A stretch of DNA of 54,953 bases, from IMG/VR virus record IMGVR_UViG_3300024991_000003. One strand, given 5' to 3'. This DNA is from a virus. The notes beneath the pieces were generated by a model. That model saw only the letters and a program-made list of their open reading frames with translations, searched no databases and was not told the DNA's origin. Shown one piece after another: positions 39,297 to 48,443 of the stretch (position 1 is its first letter; each line of letters opens with the position of its first letter). The position numbers and the translations under genes are program-made.

Positions 39297-41839
39297 CAGG
39301 AAAGCGCCCCATCGCGTTTGAATTGAGCAAGAATTTGCGGCATACTGCGTTTCATTTCCGCCTTGGTTTGTTCAGCGCTGCGCTTATTCAACGCTATCAC
39401 GTCCTCACTGCTCATTACACCGTTGAGATTGTGAACGGTGTTGAATGTGACAGGCATGGTGATGTTTTGCCCTCCACGTGATCCTTGGCTATACAATTGG
39501 ACGCCGAGATTGCCGTCACTACCTCGGGTCAACGGCAAGATCGCTTCCGGTCCTGCCTCACCCATCACACCGTGACCGCCTGCATAGTTGAACGGTGTTG
39601 CGCTCGATACGACACCACCGGTTGCATATCGCATGACATTACCACTCCCGTCAAACGCATTGCCGTTCGCGCTGAACAAAGTCTTAAAGATGCTACCAAT
39701 TCCACCACTCGCCTCAGCAGCAGTACCACTGCCGGGGAGCAATACGTTGAGAAGCAAATCAAGACCCTTATCGAGCAAACGATCAATGATCTTATTCAGG
39801 GCATTTAGCGCCGCATCACCGAATGCATCCCATGCATTTTTTCCGTTGCGCAATCCATCGACAAACTCTTTACCGAAATCCTTGGCAAGGCCCTTGTAAC
39901 CATCCAACGATTTCTTGTTATCGTCGATGGTCTTTTTCAGTTTGTCATATCGAGCGGTTGCTTGAGCAACCTTCAATGCCTCATCGCCAATAGATGCCTG
40001 CAAAAGGGGATCAGTAGTGTTCAGACCCTTGGCGCGGGCAGCAGCGTAAAGCCGCGCTTCTTCTTTGGCGTAAGCCAAGGCTTCACCCTGTAAATAAAGC
40101 TGTGCCGTCTCATCCTTGATACCTTGAATGCGCTCATCACTGCTGCGCTTCATTTGCTCGTCAAATGTCTTGCGATCCATCGCAACCTGTGCATCAGCCG
40201 CAGCATTTGCCCCACCATTAATCGCCGCCATGAGCTTGGCATCCTTGGACGGGTCGAAGCCTTTTTCAACTGCTGCGGCAATTCCCTCAGCCTGAGCGCG
40301 GGCAAAATACAAAGCACGACCGTACAAGCCGATTTGATCGGTTTCAGCCTTAATGGCCTCGACACGCTTGGCGCTGCCAGTGGCAAGATCATCCATCAGC
40401 TTGAGATATGCACCGGCCTTAGCCACCTCAGTCATCTTGTTGGCGCGCTGTTGCAATTGCACCAATTCAGCAGCGCCAATCTTGATACCGCTATCCTGCG
40501 CCTTATTATACAATTCCTGAAAATATTTTGCACTCTCAAGCGCATCACCGCGCTTACCGATAAGGCTATTCTCAGCCTCCATGACGGCAATGCGCTGATC
40601 AGCACCTTTAAGCACATCCTCAAACTTCATTTCAGGTGTTTTAGCCTTGCTGCTATGTTGTTTATGTTGCTTGGGAGGTTTGGTAAATTCCGTATCGACT
40701 TGACCGCTCTCCAATCCTTGGAGAGCCTTGTCAAAAGTTGTTTGATTTGCCACCTCCATGCCGTAATTGGCAACTGCGCTCGCCAATTCACCAAAGCGCG
40801 CAGCGGTGATTTTACCGCTGCGTTGCAACATATCAAGCTGACGTAAAGTTACATCGGTGGTTGCTTTACCTGCCGACAATGCACCCATGATATTGGCTTC
40901 TGGGTTTTTCTTATTCCAATCCAAACTGTATGCTTCACCCGTCCCCGGCCCACCGATGATCCCGAAATGACCCTCTGTTGACTTGTTTATGACGGTCTTT
41001 GCTTCCATTGCTGCAACCTGCGACTTTACGCGCGCAACAAGCAATTGTGCTTTTGCCAAATCCAAAAGCGCCTTATTCTGTTCCTTTACTTTTCCGGTAG
41101 TTTCATCGATCACATCCTTGAGGATGTTTTGTGCATCATGAATACCGTTACTGGCAAACTTGACCTTATCCAGTGCTTTGGCCATCTCATCGGCAGCATC
41201 ACCGGCACCAAAAAACTTCACCGCCAACTCAATAAGCCATGCTACCAGTGCTACAACACCGATGGTCACAAGCGATACAGGGCTGAACACTTGCTTGAGT
41301 GCTGCACCGATTGCACCAAGACCAGCACCACCTGAAAAAGCGGCACTCAATTGCGTACCCTGCTGCAATGCGATAAGCAGCGGGTTCATCCCTGCTGCTG
41401 CCGTAACACCGATATCTTGAAACTGTGCGGCGATGTTGGCCGGGGTGGCTTGGACGCGATTGAGGTTGTCGTTTGCAGCATCGCCCATACGCTTCAATTT
41501 GGCAGCAGCGGCGTCCGCTGCATTACCGGTGGCATTGATGCCCGACGCTGCCTTACTTGCTGCCCCAGAGGCATTATTGAGGCCCGCAGCAGCGGCATTT
41601 GCACTCGCTGCGGTCTTACCTGCACCAGCAGCAGCTTTGTCGGCAGCATTTGCTGCATTGGTCAACCCTGCTGCTGCCTGATCAGCCTTGGTGCCAGTTT
41701 GCTTGATCGCATCCCCGGCTTTCTTGGCCGCCTGCGCGACCTTCTCACCGGACGGTACAAGGGCATCGAGATCAGCCTTCGCCGCCTTGATGCCGCTCGT
41801 ATCAGCCTCAAACCCTACCTTAGCGATCTCATTTGCCAT
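39296..41839 (-). CDS. tape measure protein (847 aa)
   Basis: Longest tail gene; A/K/Q-rich helical sequence; follows G/G-T; start trimmed from 41899 to ATG 41839 (MANEIAKVG). Confidence 0.85.
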   Translation of the reverse strand: MANEIAKVGFEADTSGIKAAKADLDALVPSGEKVAQAAKKAGDAIKQTGTKADQAAAGLTNAANAADKAAAGAGKTAASANAAAAGLNNASGAASKAASGINATGNAADAAAAKLKRMGDAANDNLNRVQATPANIAAQFQDIGVTAAAGMNPLLIALQQGTQLSAAFSGGAGLGAIGAALKQVFSPVSLVTIGVVALVAWLIELAVKFFGAGDAADEMAKALDKVKFASNGIHDAQNILKDVIDETTGKVKEQNKALLDLAKAQLLVARVKSQVAAMEAKTVINKSTEGHFGIIGGPGTGEAYSLDWNKKNPEANIMGALSAGKATTDVTLRQLDMLQRSGKITAARFGELASAVANYGMEVANQTTFDKALQGLESGQVDTEFTKPPKQHKQHSSKAKTPEMKFEDVLKGADQRIAVMEAENSLIGKRGDALESAKYFQELYNKAQDSGIKIGAAELVQLQQRANKMTEVAKAGAYLKLMDDLATGSAKRVEAIKAETDQIGLYGRALYFARAQAEGIAAAVEKGFDPSKDAKLMAAINGGANAAADAQVAMDRKTFDEQMKRSSDERIQGIKDETAQLYLQGEALAYAKEEARLYAAARAKGLNTTDPLLQASIGDEALKVAQATARYDKLKKTIDDNKKSLDGYKGLAKDFGKEFVDGLRNGKNAWDAFGDAALNALNKIIDRLLDKGLDLLLNVLLPGSGTAAEASGGIGSIFKTLFSANGNAFDGSGNVMRYATGGVVSSATPFNYAGGHGVMGEAGPEAILPLTRGSDGNLGVQLYSQGSRGGQNITMPVTFNTVHNLNGVMSSEDVIALNKRSAEQTKAEMKRSMPQILAQFKRDGALS

Positions 41840-42661
41840 TTCGTGCGCGCCTTGCTTTCGGTTTGGGCGTCTGTGTCTCGCGCGCCCTGCGATCAGCATC
41901 GCGCGCTTGGAACGCCTTCACTTCCTCTGCCGTCTCCCGGCAGAATGCTTCATCCATAGCGCACAGGATAGCATATTCGGTGGGATAGACAATCAGGCCC
42001 ATGCTTTCGCACCATGCCCTGAACTCGGTGGGAGCAATTGGTATTACTGTACCATCTTTAATGCGCAAAAGCGTATTGGACAGTGCAAAATACCAATTCC
42101 AAAGATAACGATAAGCATCCGGTATTTCCACCTCAGGCGGATTTAAATCACCTTTGCCGAACCTTTCGTTGTACTCCCGCCGAGTTTCACCGTCCTCCCT
42201 CTTGGTGTCATATCGACACTTTATTTCAATCGCTTCGACAAGATCGAGTTTTACTTGGCGAAAAAACTTTCAGTTTCCGAGATTTCGGCATTGATTTGAT
42301 CGCCAAACCACCGCATTTTTTCCTCAGAAAGAATGGCGCGGACATTCGCTGGAATGTATTCGGGCACTTCACCCTTGTAAGTGGGTATATCATCATCATT
42401 GCCGGTCGGGCTGTACCAATTCCAGCCGCGAATGGCAGTTTGCAGAATTTTGATGCGGTTTTCTTCAATGTCAGCCGCCTTCATCGCCTTGTTCTTTTGT
42501 TCAAGACGCATGCGCTCATCAGTAATCGAGCGCTTTACGCGCGTCAAAAGAGGATCATCAATCGAGCAAACCGTAACGGAAATACCGAGTTTTAGGCCAG
42601 TACCCGGATGGATGATTTCAACGTCACGCAATTGCGGATTGATGTTGGAAATGTCAGCCAT
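41829..42661 (-). CDS. tail assembly chaperone G-T fusion made by a -1 frameshift
   Basis: The frame of track ORF 41829..42131 stays open (46 codons translated by hand) back to T_TTT_TTC at 42260..42266, two codons before the G stop. Confidence 0.7.
42251..42661 (-). CDS. tail assembly chaperone G (136 aa)
   Basis: Between the major tail and tape measure genes; start trimmed to the ATG after GGAGA (MADISNIN). Confidence 0.75.
   Translation of the reverse strand: MADISNINPQLRDVEIIHPGTGLKLGISVTVCSIDDPLLTRVKRSITDERMRLEQKNKAMKAADIEENRIKILQTAIRGWNWYSPTGNDDDIPTYKGEVPEYIPANVRAILSEEKMRWFGDQINAEISETESFFAK
42260..42266 (-). other. -1 programmed frameshift slippery heptamer T_TTT_TTC
   Basis: The minus strand reads agT TTT TTC gcc aag taa; X_XXY_YYZ in the G frame. 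Confidence 0.7.
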
Positions 42662-42738
42662 GTTGAATTTTCTCCACAAAAAAGGGTGTTGGGAACCTGC
42701 CCCAACACCCGGAATTTGTCAACCCGGTCAAATAATGT

Positions 42739-43266
42739 TTATGCGGGGACGGGATCGACGATAATCTGCTCCTGATTGAGGCCAAGCGTGAACACCTCAA
42801 GGTCGAAATCCTCAACCTGACCATTGGGGGTCTTGGGGCCACTGATGATGCCACGATTGTAGACGATGGTGGGGGTGCTGGCGGGATCGGCATCGGGAAA
42901 ATCGCTGCGCAAAATCTTGAACGCATAGTTCAGATTGGTTTTGGCGATGGTGCGCAGCAGGTCTTGACCGGCATCCTCGGGATCGCGCGCCACCTCGATC
43001 TCAGGCGAACCGGCGTTGCTGACGCCCTTGGCATGTTGTGCGAACTTGGTGCCCCACGTATTATAATTGACGATATTGGTGCTGGTGCCGGTTTCACCGA
43101 CGCGACCGACACCGCCAACCTCAACCCATGTCAGCGCGGCAAAGGCCGTCGCATTCAGATCGTCAGGCTGCGGCGTTGCGCAGACAAACAGGCGCGAACC
43201 GGCATTGGTGTTGGCGAAAGCAGCCGCAGCCGAAAAGCTGGCGGCGATGGCGAGAATTTTGCGCAT
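42739..43266 (-). CDS. major tail protein (175 aa)
   Basis: Track ORF 42739..43539 trimmed to ATG 43266 (AGGAAAGG SD); position before G/G-T; RLFVCATPQP..LTWVEVGGVG pattern of siphovirus tail tube proteins. Confidence 0.7.
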   Translation of the reverse strand: MRKILAIAASFSAAAAFANTNAGSRLFVCATPQPDDLNATAFAALTWVEVGGVGRVGETGTSTNIVNYNTWGTKFAQHAKGVSNAGSPEIEVARDPEDAGQDLLRTIAKTNLNYAFKILRSDFPDADPASTPTIVYNRGIISGPKTPNGQVEDFDLEVFTLGLNQEQIIVDPVPA

Positions 43267-43282
43267 CAGATTGTGGCCTTTC

Positions 43283-43681
43283 CTAACCGCGATTGTAACG
43301 CTGATAGCGGATTGTCCAAGGGTACAGGGTTTCTTTGCCCATTTCAAGGGGACCGTTGAAATTCGGCTCCATGAGCAATTGCAGCCCGTTTGCAAGCGTC
43401 CCCTTGGGGAACAGCGGCAAAATATTCTGTTCCATGTAATCCATCGGACCATATGCGCCCTGATCATCGTTTGGCCAATGGAGAATGATCCTGAACGCTC
43501 CGGTATCGTTGTTCTGACCGTTCCAGAAAAAGTTACCATTAGTGGGCAACCACACTAATTCAATATATTTCTGATCGTCAGGAACCGGCAGAATGCGCCC
43601 AACATACTTCACCGGTATATCAGGGTTAGCTGCGACAATGATGCCTTGGATTTGGCTGAGAATGCTACGGTCTGCGCTCAT
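43283..43681 (-). CDS. tail terminator/tail completion protein (132 aa)
   Basis: Immediately upstream of the major tail gene; ATGA-type coupling; function from synteny. Confidence 0.5.
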   Translation of the reverse strand: MSADRSILSQIQGIIVAANPDIPVKYVGRILPVPDDQKYIELVWLPTNGNFFWNGQNNDTGAFRIILHWPNDDQGAYGPMDYMEQNILPLFPKGTLANGLQLLMEPNFNGPLEMGKETLYPWTIRYQRYNRG

Positions 43682-44103
43682 TTTCCACCTTTGAGTTTGT
43701 CAGCATTGCGCGATACGATTTCCTTCCATCGCGCAAGTGAAGTTATCACGAAACCGTCATACAATTCTCGAACCTCGGCATATTTTGCTGTCCACCCGAA
43801 ATAAAAAACATCACCGACCTTCAATTTCGCTAGGACGGTGATGAGTTGTTCGCCGCTCCATTGATATTGACCCAGTTTTGCTCCATCAGGGCGAATGGCT
43901 TCACCCGTTGGCATGGCACCAATGTTAGCCATGCCTGATCTCCGCAGAAATCCGGTATCAACTCGCATGCGACCGCCTTTTGCCATGGGCACTTGCATAT
44001 TGTCCTCAATCAACTCTTGCAAACTGTTGCGCATGCAAGCAAGCATGACTTCCTCGCCACGATCAGCGATAGCCTGCAATTGTGCGGCAAATTCAGAGGC
44101 CAT
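43678..44103 (-). CDS. HK97 gp10-like head-tail connector protein (141 aa)
   Basis: RVDTGFLRRS matches the gp10-family DTG.LR.S signature; trimmed to ATG 44103. Confidence 0.6.
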   Translation of the reverse strand: MASEFAAQLQAIADRGEEVMLACMRNSLQELIEDNMQVPMAKGGRMRVDTGFLRRSGMANIGAMPTGEAIRPDGAKLGQYQWSGEQLITVLAKLKVGDVFYFGWTAKYAEVRELYDGFVITSLARWKEIVSRNADKLKGGK

Positions 44104-45109
44104 ATCCCCAATCCACTTTGGTTTTTGCGCGACAACGACAACCGATGCGTTCCGAAGCTGGTGCGCCCAAGGACGCATCGCCGGGGTACATCATCTGACT
44201 TCCATCCGCCGCAACAAATGGTTCATTCATCCCAACGATTTGACCATTGAGCAATTGGTGCATGTGCCTTACGTGCGTATCGCCAACGGTATCCCATTCA
44301 CGGCTTACGGCTCCCGGTTTCACCATACCTTGAGCGACAACCTGCCTTACAGCCTCATAGTCAGATGCGTTCTGTGAAAATCCAATTTCAGTTATCGCAA
44401 TCTGATCGCCGCGATATTTCAAAGCATTGTCGCGGTAGCGATAAACCAGTTTATCAATGGTATCAGCGTTGAGAGGCTTACCGCTTTCAAATGCCTTGCG
44501 CACCGTGCTATCAAAACGCGCATCGCGTAGTGCTAGCTTGAAATAGGTTTCATCGCCAGTTTGCAGTTTGGCCCGCACTGATCGGGACCAACCTTCCTGT
44601 TGACCGGTGATACCAACAACACCACCTATGCGTTTGCCGGTTGTTTGATCGATCCGCCCAACAATATCCAGCGCCACAGACCGAGGATTGCGCCCCTGCT
44701 GCATCCCATCGGTCATGGTGTTGCGAATGACAGTGCGAACGTCATCGGTAATCGCAGTGACCAAATCGCTTGATTGATCTCGCAAAAACTTCTCAGCTAC
44801 CGGATCACGCATGTTGAAGCGAAACACCATAGTCCCGAATGGCGTTTTAATCTTGGCCGGAAACTCACTAACCTTTACATCGGCAAATTGTTCATACACA
44901 TTTTCCAGTGCATTTTGCATCGGCCTGAACACCGGATCAGTGATATTCAGCAGCACATAAACCTTATTGAAATCACCCGCTTCAATTGCATCGGCAATCT
45001 CAGCAATCACAACATTATCCACGATCCCCGAAATGGACAGCAAAAATGCGTCCCTGATTTCAGGTGCCATGAATGCAATGATCGCTTTGATTTTCTGCTG
45101 AGGTGTCAC
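44093..45109 (-). CDS. head morphogenesis protein, SPP1 gp7 / Mu F-like (338 aa)
   Basis: C-terminal REWDTVGDTHVRHMHQLLNGQIV...PGD...IGCRCR matches the Mu F/gp7 domain; GTG after AAGGAAG. Confidence 0.75.
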   Translation of the reverse strand: MTPQQKIKAIIAFMAPEIRDAFLLSISGIVDNVVIAEIADAIEAGDFNKVYVLLNITDPVFRPMQNALENVYEQFADVKVSEFPAKIKTPFGTMVFRFNMRDPVAEKFLRDQSSDLVTAITDDVRTVIRNTMTDGMQQGRNPRSVALDIVGRIDQTTGKRIGGVVGITGQQEGWSRSVRAKLQTGDETYFKLALRDARFDSTVRKAFESGKPLNADTIDKLVYRYRDNALKYRGDQIAITEIGFSQNASDYEAVRQVVAQGMVKPGAVSREWDTVGDTHVRHMHQLLNGQIVGMNEPFVAADGSQMMYPGDASLGAPASERIGCRCRAKTKVDWGYGL

Positions 45110-45110
45110 A

Positions 45111-45497
45111 TTACTTCCTTGCGATCACAGTCCAAGCAACAACGGTGCCTGCGGACGGCTGACGATGGATTTCCACAATCTTTAGTTTGGTGGCCCCGTC
45201 AAGCGTAAAATACCCTTGCGGTTGAGGTTCGACGATCCCACCAGCAAAATGAATTTCCTGATCGGTTGCAAGAATGCCTGAGTTGTTCAGAAACTTGAAC
45301 GATACACCTCGCGCCGTGGCACCGGGCAACGGTGTGATGCTGACATCAGGTGCGCCGGGGTTATCCGCAGGTCCGTTACCCGGTGTCTCGATGACATAGC
45401 GGATTTCACCCTGATTAAACTTCTCAAACAGCCCTTGTGCTGTTTTCTGCATTTTTTGATAAAAATTTTGCGCCACGTTAATTCTCCTGTTGACCAT
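45111..45497 (-). CDS. hypothetical virion-module protein (128 aa; alternative GTG start at 45476)
   Basis: Track ORF; the internal GTG follows AGGAGAATTAAC. Confidence 0.55.
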   Translation of the reverse strand: MVNRRINVAQNFYQKMQKTAQGLFEKFNQGEIRYVIETPGNGPADNPGAPDVSITPLPGATARGVSFKFLNNSGILATDQEIHFAGGIVEPQPQGYFTLDGATKLKIVEIHRQPSAGTVVAWTVIARK

Positions 45498-45558
45498 GCG
45501 GTGAAACGTCGCTAATCAACAATTCGTCATCACGACAACCACTCAAGGAGCATATCAC

Positions 45559-46002
45559 ATGGCCACCAAGGCTTCCACCCCCAAGGTTGCGGCTGATGCC
45601 GCTGCCGTTGCCGTTGCATTTTCGATCACTTCGGCGCTCAAGATCGACCTGCCGGTCAAGGAAAGCAAGCGCGGCAATCCGACCAAATATCCTTTCGAGA
45701 CGCTGACCGAAGTCGGCACCTGTTTCGGCGTCAAGGGCAAGACCGCGAAGAACCTGTCCAGCGTGATCAGCGCCGCCAATCGTCGGGCTGTTGTGCAGGT
45801 CAAGGACGCACTCGGCAATCCCGTTTTCAACACCAAGACCATCGACGTGGGCGGCGTGTCGCAGACGGTTCCCGACACTGAAAACCCCGTCACGAATGTG
45901 ACCGCCAAGTATCGAGCCATCGACGTGGATGATGCCGTTCGCGCTGCGATCAAGGGCACCGTTCTTGAAAATTCGGATACGCTGGTTCAGCGCATCATCT
46001 GA
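45559..46002 (+). CDS. opposite-strand moron protein, function unknown (147 aa)
   Basis: Only + strand gene inside 33537..54224; own AAGGAG SD; followed by hairpin 46035..46060. Confidence 0.7.
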   Translation: MATKASTPKVAADAAAVAVAFSITSALKIDLPVKESKRGNPTKYPFETLTEVGTCFGVKGKTAKNLSSVISAANRRAVVQVKDALGNPVFNTKTIDVGGVSQTVPDTENPVTNVTAKYRAIDVDDAVRAAIKGTVLENSDTLVQRII

Positions 46003-46034
46003 TCAACATCGGCCGGGCAAATCGATAAACATGT

Positions 46035-46060
46035 AAAGGGCGGGGTAATTCCCGCCCTTT
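46035..46060. terminator. Bidirectional hairpin between the moron and the adaptor gene
   Basis: aaagggcggg-gtaatt-cccgcccttt (10-bp stem), A-run/T-run on either side. Confidence 0.65.
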
Positions 46061-46553
46061 ATCGTTGCAGCCCCGCACTCAAACTTCCACCCAATGCAGG
46101 GCGAATGATTTCATAAAGTACCTGATCCACCGCTTGAACCTGCAATTGAACATCGCGAACACCAAGCGTGGTGTTGTATTTCACCATCATTGCACCATTG
46201 ATAGATGCTTCGGTGAATTCAGGTCGTGTGAAATTGACCGTCAATGCGCCGGGATCATCCAAATGAATGCGCGCCGCCTCATATGTTGCATTCTCAATCT
46301 GCACCGGGACTGTGAGATAGTCGATATAATAGCCGTAAATATCGCTGGCACCCCTGCGTGGCCATTGACGCAATTGAAGCCGCCCATTGGTCTTGAGGCC
46401 CGGAAATACGCTGCGATAGCGACTATCCAACCATTCGGTAGCAGTGAGAAGCGCAGCGCTCACAAGCGCATCATCTGTGCTGTTGGCGGCGGTCATATTC
46501 CGCTCTGCCAGATAAGCCCGAAATCCATCGGGCGTACCGTAACGCTCTGTCAT
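46059..46553 (-). CDS. head-tail adaptor (gp6-like / DnaT-like domain family) (164 aa)
   Basis: The track start 46568 is TTG; ATG at 46553. DDALVSAALLTATEWLDSRYRSVFPG...QLRQWPRRGA pattern recalled from head-tail connector proteins. Confidence 0.5.
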   Translation of the reverse strand: MTERYGTPDGFRAYLAERNMTAANSTDDALVSAALLTATEWLDSRYRSVFPGLKTNGRLQLRQWPRRGASDIYGYYIDYLTVPVQIENATYEAARIHLDDPGALTVNFTRPEFTEASINGAMMVKYNTTLGVRDVQLQVQAVDQVLYEIIRPALGGSLSAGLQR

Positions 46554-46565
46554 CGTTGTTAACCC

Positions 46566-46601
46566 CAATAGAAAAGGGCGGCAGAATTAACCGCCGCCCT
46601 T
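46566..46601 (-). terminator. Rho-independent terminator (minus strand)
   Basis: The minus strand reads aagggcggc-N10-gccgccctt then ttctatt. Confidence 0.65.
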
Positions 46602-46625
46602 CAATATCACGCCTGTCAGGCTATG

Positions 46626-46955
46626 TCATGCCTGAGGTGCAGCCAGCGCCATGATCGCGGCCCATGCTTCACCCTCGGTGGCATAGCCGTTGTCGCTGTC
46701 AAGGCCGGGATAAACGACTTTCGTCTTGGTCGCATCCACAGCATAAAACCGGGTGGCATCGCCGCGCCCGGTCTTGTCAACCATGAGGCCGGTCGGAACC
46801 GGGCTGTTGGTGGTTTCAATGGGATTGGTGGCGGGCGAAACGTTGGCATCATCGAACAACTCCCATGCGGTGGGGTTGGTGTCATAGTCAGACTTATTGA
46901 TGCGCAGAGCATTTCCATCCTCACCTTTTACGGTGACGGTGGGCAGAGTTTCCAT
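46626..46955 (-). CDS. hypothetical protein after the capsid gene (possible decoration/accessory protein, 109 aa)
   Basis: Track ORF bracketed by two terminators directly downstream of the major capsid gene. Confidence 0.5.
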   Translation of the reverse strand: METLPTVTVKGEDGNALRINKSDYDTNPTAWELFDDANVSPATNPIETTNSPVPTGLMVDKTGRGDATRFYAVDATKTKVVYPGLDSDNGYATEGEAWAAIMALAAPQA

Positions 46956-46997
46956 GGTGTTTCTCCTGTTGGAAACGGGAATTTATCAGATTGGTCA

Positions 46998-47033
46998 GAA
47001 AAAGCAAATGGGGCGGTGATTAAACCGCCCCAT
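46998..47033 (-). terminator. Rho-independent terminator after the major capsid gene
   Basis: The minus strand reads atggggcgg-tttaatca-ccgccccat then ttgcttttt. Confidence 0.75.
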
Positions 47034-47040
47034 CCGATCA

Positions 47041-48264
47041 TCAGCCCAGCAGGAGCGCCATGTGTTCGCGCTTGGTCACTTTCCAGCCCCAAGCACAGGC
47101 GATCTCATACCTGATCTTGCGATAGCCGGGATAGACGCCGAGTTCGTACATCATGCCCGAACGCGGATCGACAACGATCTGCCGGTCAAGAGCAAGATCA
47201 CCCTCATTCGGCAGTGCGGGCAGACGCGAGGCCAGCACCATGGCATTGCTGGAAAAGCCCACGTTGGCCGTGTAGCTGCCCAGACGGGTGATAGCCGTTG
47301 CCGAGGCCGGAATGGCCACAAGCAGCCCCGGCGCAGAGATCGTGATGGTGCCGCCGTTGGACGTGTCGCTGTCGCCCGTAACGACCACATACTTGTTGGG
47401 ATCGCCCGCAAACTGGATCACGTCACCCGGCAGGAACGTCCCGGTGCCCGCCGAAGCAAGAGTGATCGTCGTCGCACCGACCGCATAGCCCGCACTGTTG
47501 GTCGTCGCGCTGGCAGCGGTGCCCGCAATGTGATACCCGGCTTGCCCGCTTTCCTTGTAGGAAATACCGTGCAGTTCGACCAGTTCGCCCTGACGCAGCG
47601 TCATGACCTGACCGGCTTCATTGGCCTTGGTCAACTGCGTATTGGTGCGCAGATTGGCACCGGTCGAAGTCGAAATGATGCAGGAGCGGCCCACACCGGG
47701 CGCACCATTGTCATCCAGAATTTTGCGAAGCTGCGCGCTGTCACCAACGCCGGAAGCGAACGGAGTGGTGCCAGCGGTGCCATAGGCGCGCGAAGCCCCC
47801 AGCATGGCCGCACCGGCAAGATCAGCCTCCATTTCGTTGGTCAGCGAACGGAAACCCTGAGCGATCAGGTCCGCCTGCACCGAGAGGACGCCGGGACCGA
47901 AATTCAGGCCGCGCGCTTCTTCACCGACGATGCCGAAGTCGGTGAAACGGCTCTTGCTGATCGTCAGATAGTCATAGCCGATGGTCTTGTCAGCCGGGTT
48001 CGGAACCTGCATCGCAGGCGTCACGTCGCCATTCGAGGCGGGCGGCGCGATGTGATAACGGGTCTGCTGACCCACGGCGGCACGTTCAGCGGTCGCGGAG
48101 CGGCTGACCGAGGGAATGAAACCCACCAGTTCACGCGAAACCACGTCGAGCGCCGCGTAAATATCGGGGATCAGGCCAGTCAGGGTGTTGGCATAAGCAT
48201 ACGCGGCAAGGTGGCCGATCATCGGACCCTGACGCGAAGCCAGCATGGCTTGCATCTTGGACAC
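47041..48264 (-). CDS. major capsid protein (407 aa)
   Basis: Position after the scaffold gene; size; own promoter and terminators; N-terminal pattern recalled from P22-coat-like HK97-fold proteins; GTG after CCGGAGAATAAC. Confidence 0.8.
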   Translation of the reverse strand: MSKMQAMLASRQGPMIGHLAAYAYANTLTGLIPDIYAALDVVSRELVGFIPSVSRSATAERAAVGQQTRYHIAPPASNGDVTPAMQVPNPADKTIGYDYLTISKSRFTDFGIVGEEARGLNFGPGVLSVQADLIAQGFRSLTNEMEADLAGAAMLGASRAYGTAGTTPFASGVGDSAQLRKILDDNGAPGVGRSCIISTSTGANLRTNTQLTKANEAGQVMTLRQGELVELHGISYKESGQAGYHIAGTAASATTNSAGYAVGATTITLASAGTGTFLPGDVIQFAGDPNKYVVVTGDSDTSNGGTITISAPGLLVAIPASATAITRLGSYTANVGFSSNAMVLASRLPALPNEGDLALDRQIVVDPRSGMMYELGVYPGYRKIRYEIACAWGWKVTKREHMALLLG

Positions 48265-48371
48265 AGTTATTCTCCGGGTTATGGAAGGGTTTTGATGCGC
48301 TTTTGGCGCAAAAGGTTCCGATCATCCAATCAGAACAACGCAGGGTCATCCAACCCGGAAGCGTTGAGCTT

Positions 48372-48399
48372 AAATTATTCATCTTAACGCTTGTGTCAA
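48372..48399 (-). promoter_or_regulatory. Strong sigma70-type promoter for the capsid gene
   Basis: The minus strand reads TTGACA-N16-TAATTT immediately after terminator 48402..48443. Confidence 0.55.
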
Positions 48400-48401
48400 T
48401 A

Positions 48402-48443
48402 CAAAAAAATACCGCGTGATGCGGGGGATGCATCACGCGGTAT
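48402..48443 (-). terminator. Rho-independent terminator after the scaffold gene
   Basis: The minus strand reads ataccgcgtgatgc-atccccc-gcatcacgcggtat (14-bp stem) then ttttttt. Confidence 0.85.

Noticed and set aside
36886-41959. Several 200-240-aa + strand ORFs inside the J-like and tape measure genes
   Set aside because: They are antisense to long, well-supported tail genes, have no SDs, and their composition is typical of shadow ORFs.
44093-45109. Mu F/gp7-like head morphogenesis gene lying after the connector genes instead of next to the portal, as a possible rearrangement or toxin carrier
   Set aside because: The protein ends right after the conserved CRC motif with no extra C-terminal domain. 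Gene order varies among phages, so there is no positive evidence of anything unusual.
47062-48387. 441-aa + strand ORF antisense to the capsid gene
   Set aside because: Its R/G/A-rich, low-complexity-like translation is typical of the antisense frame of a GC-rich gene. It has no SD and overlaps a strongly supported capsid gene completely.
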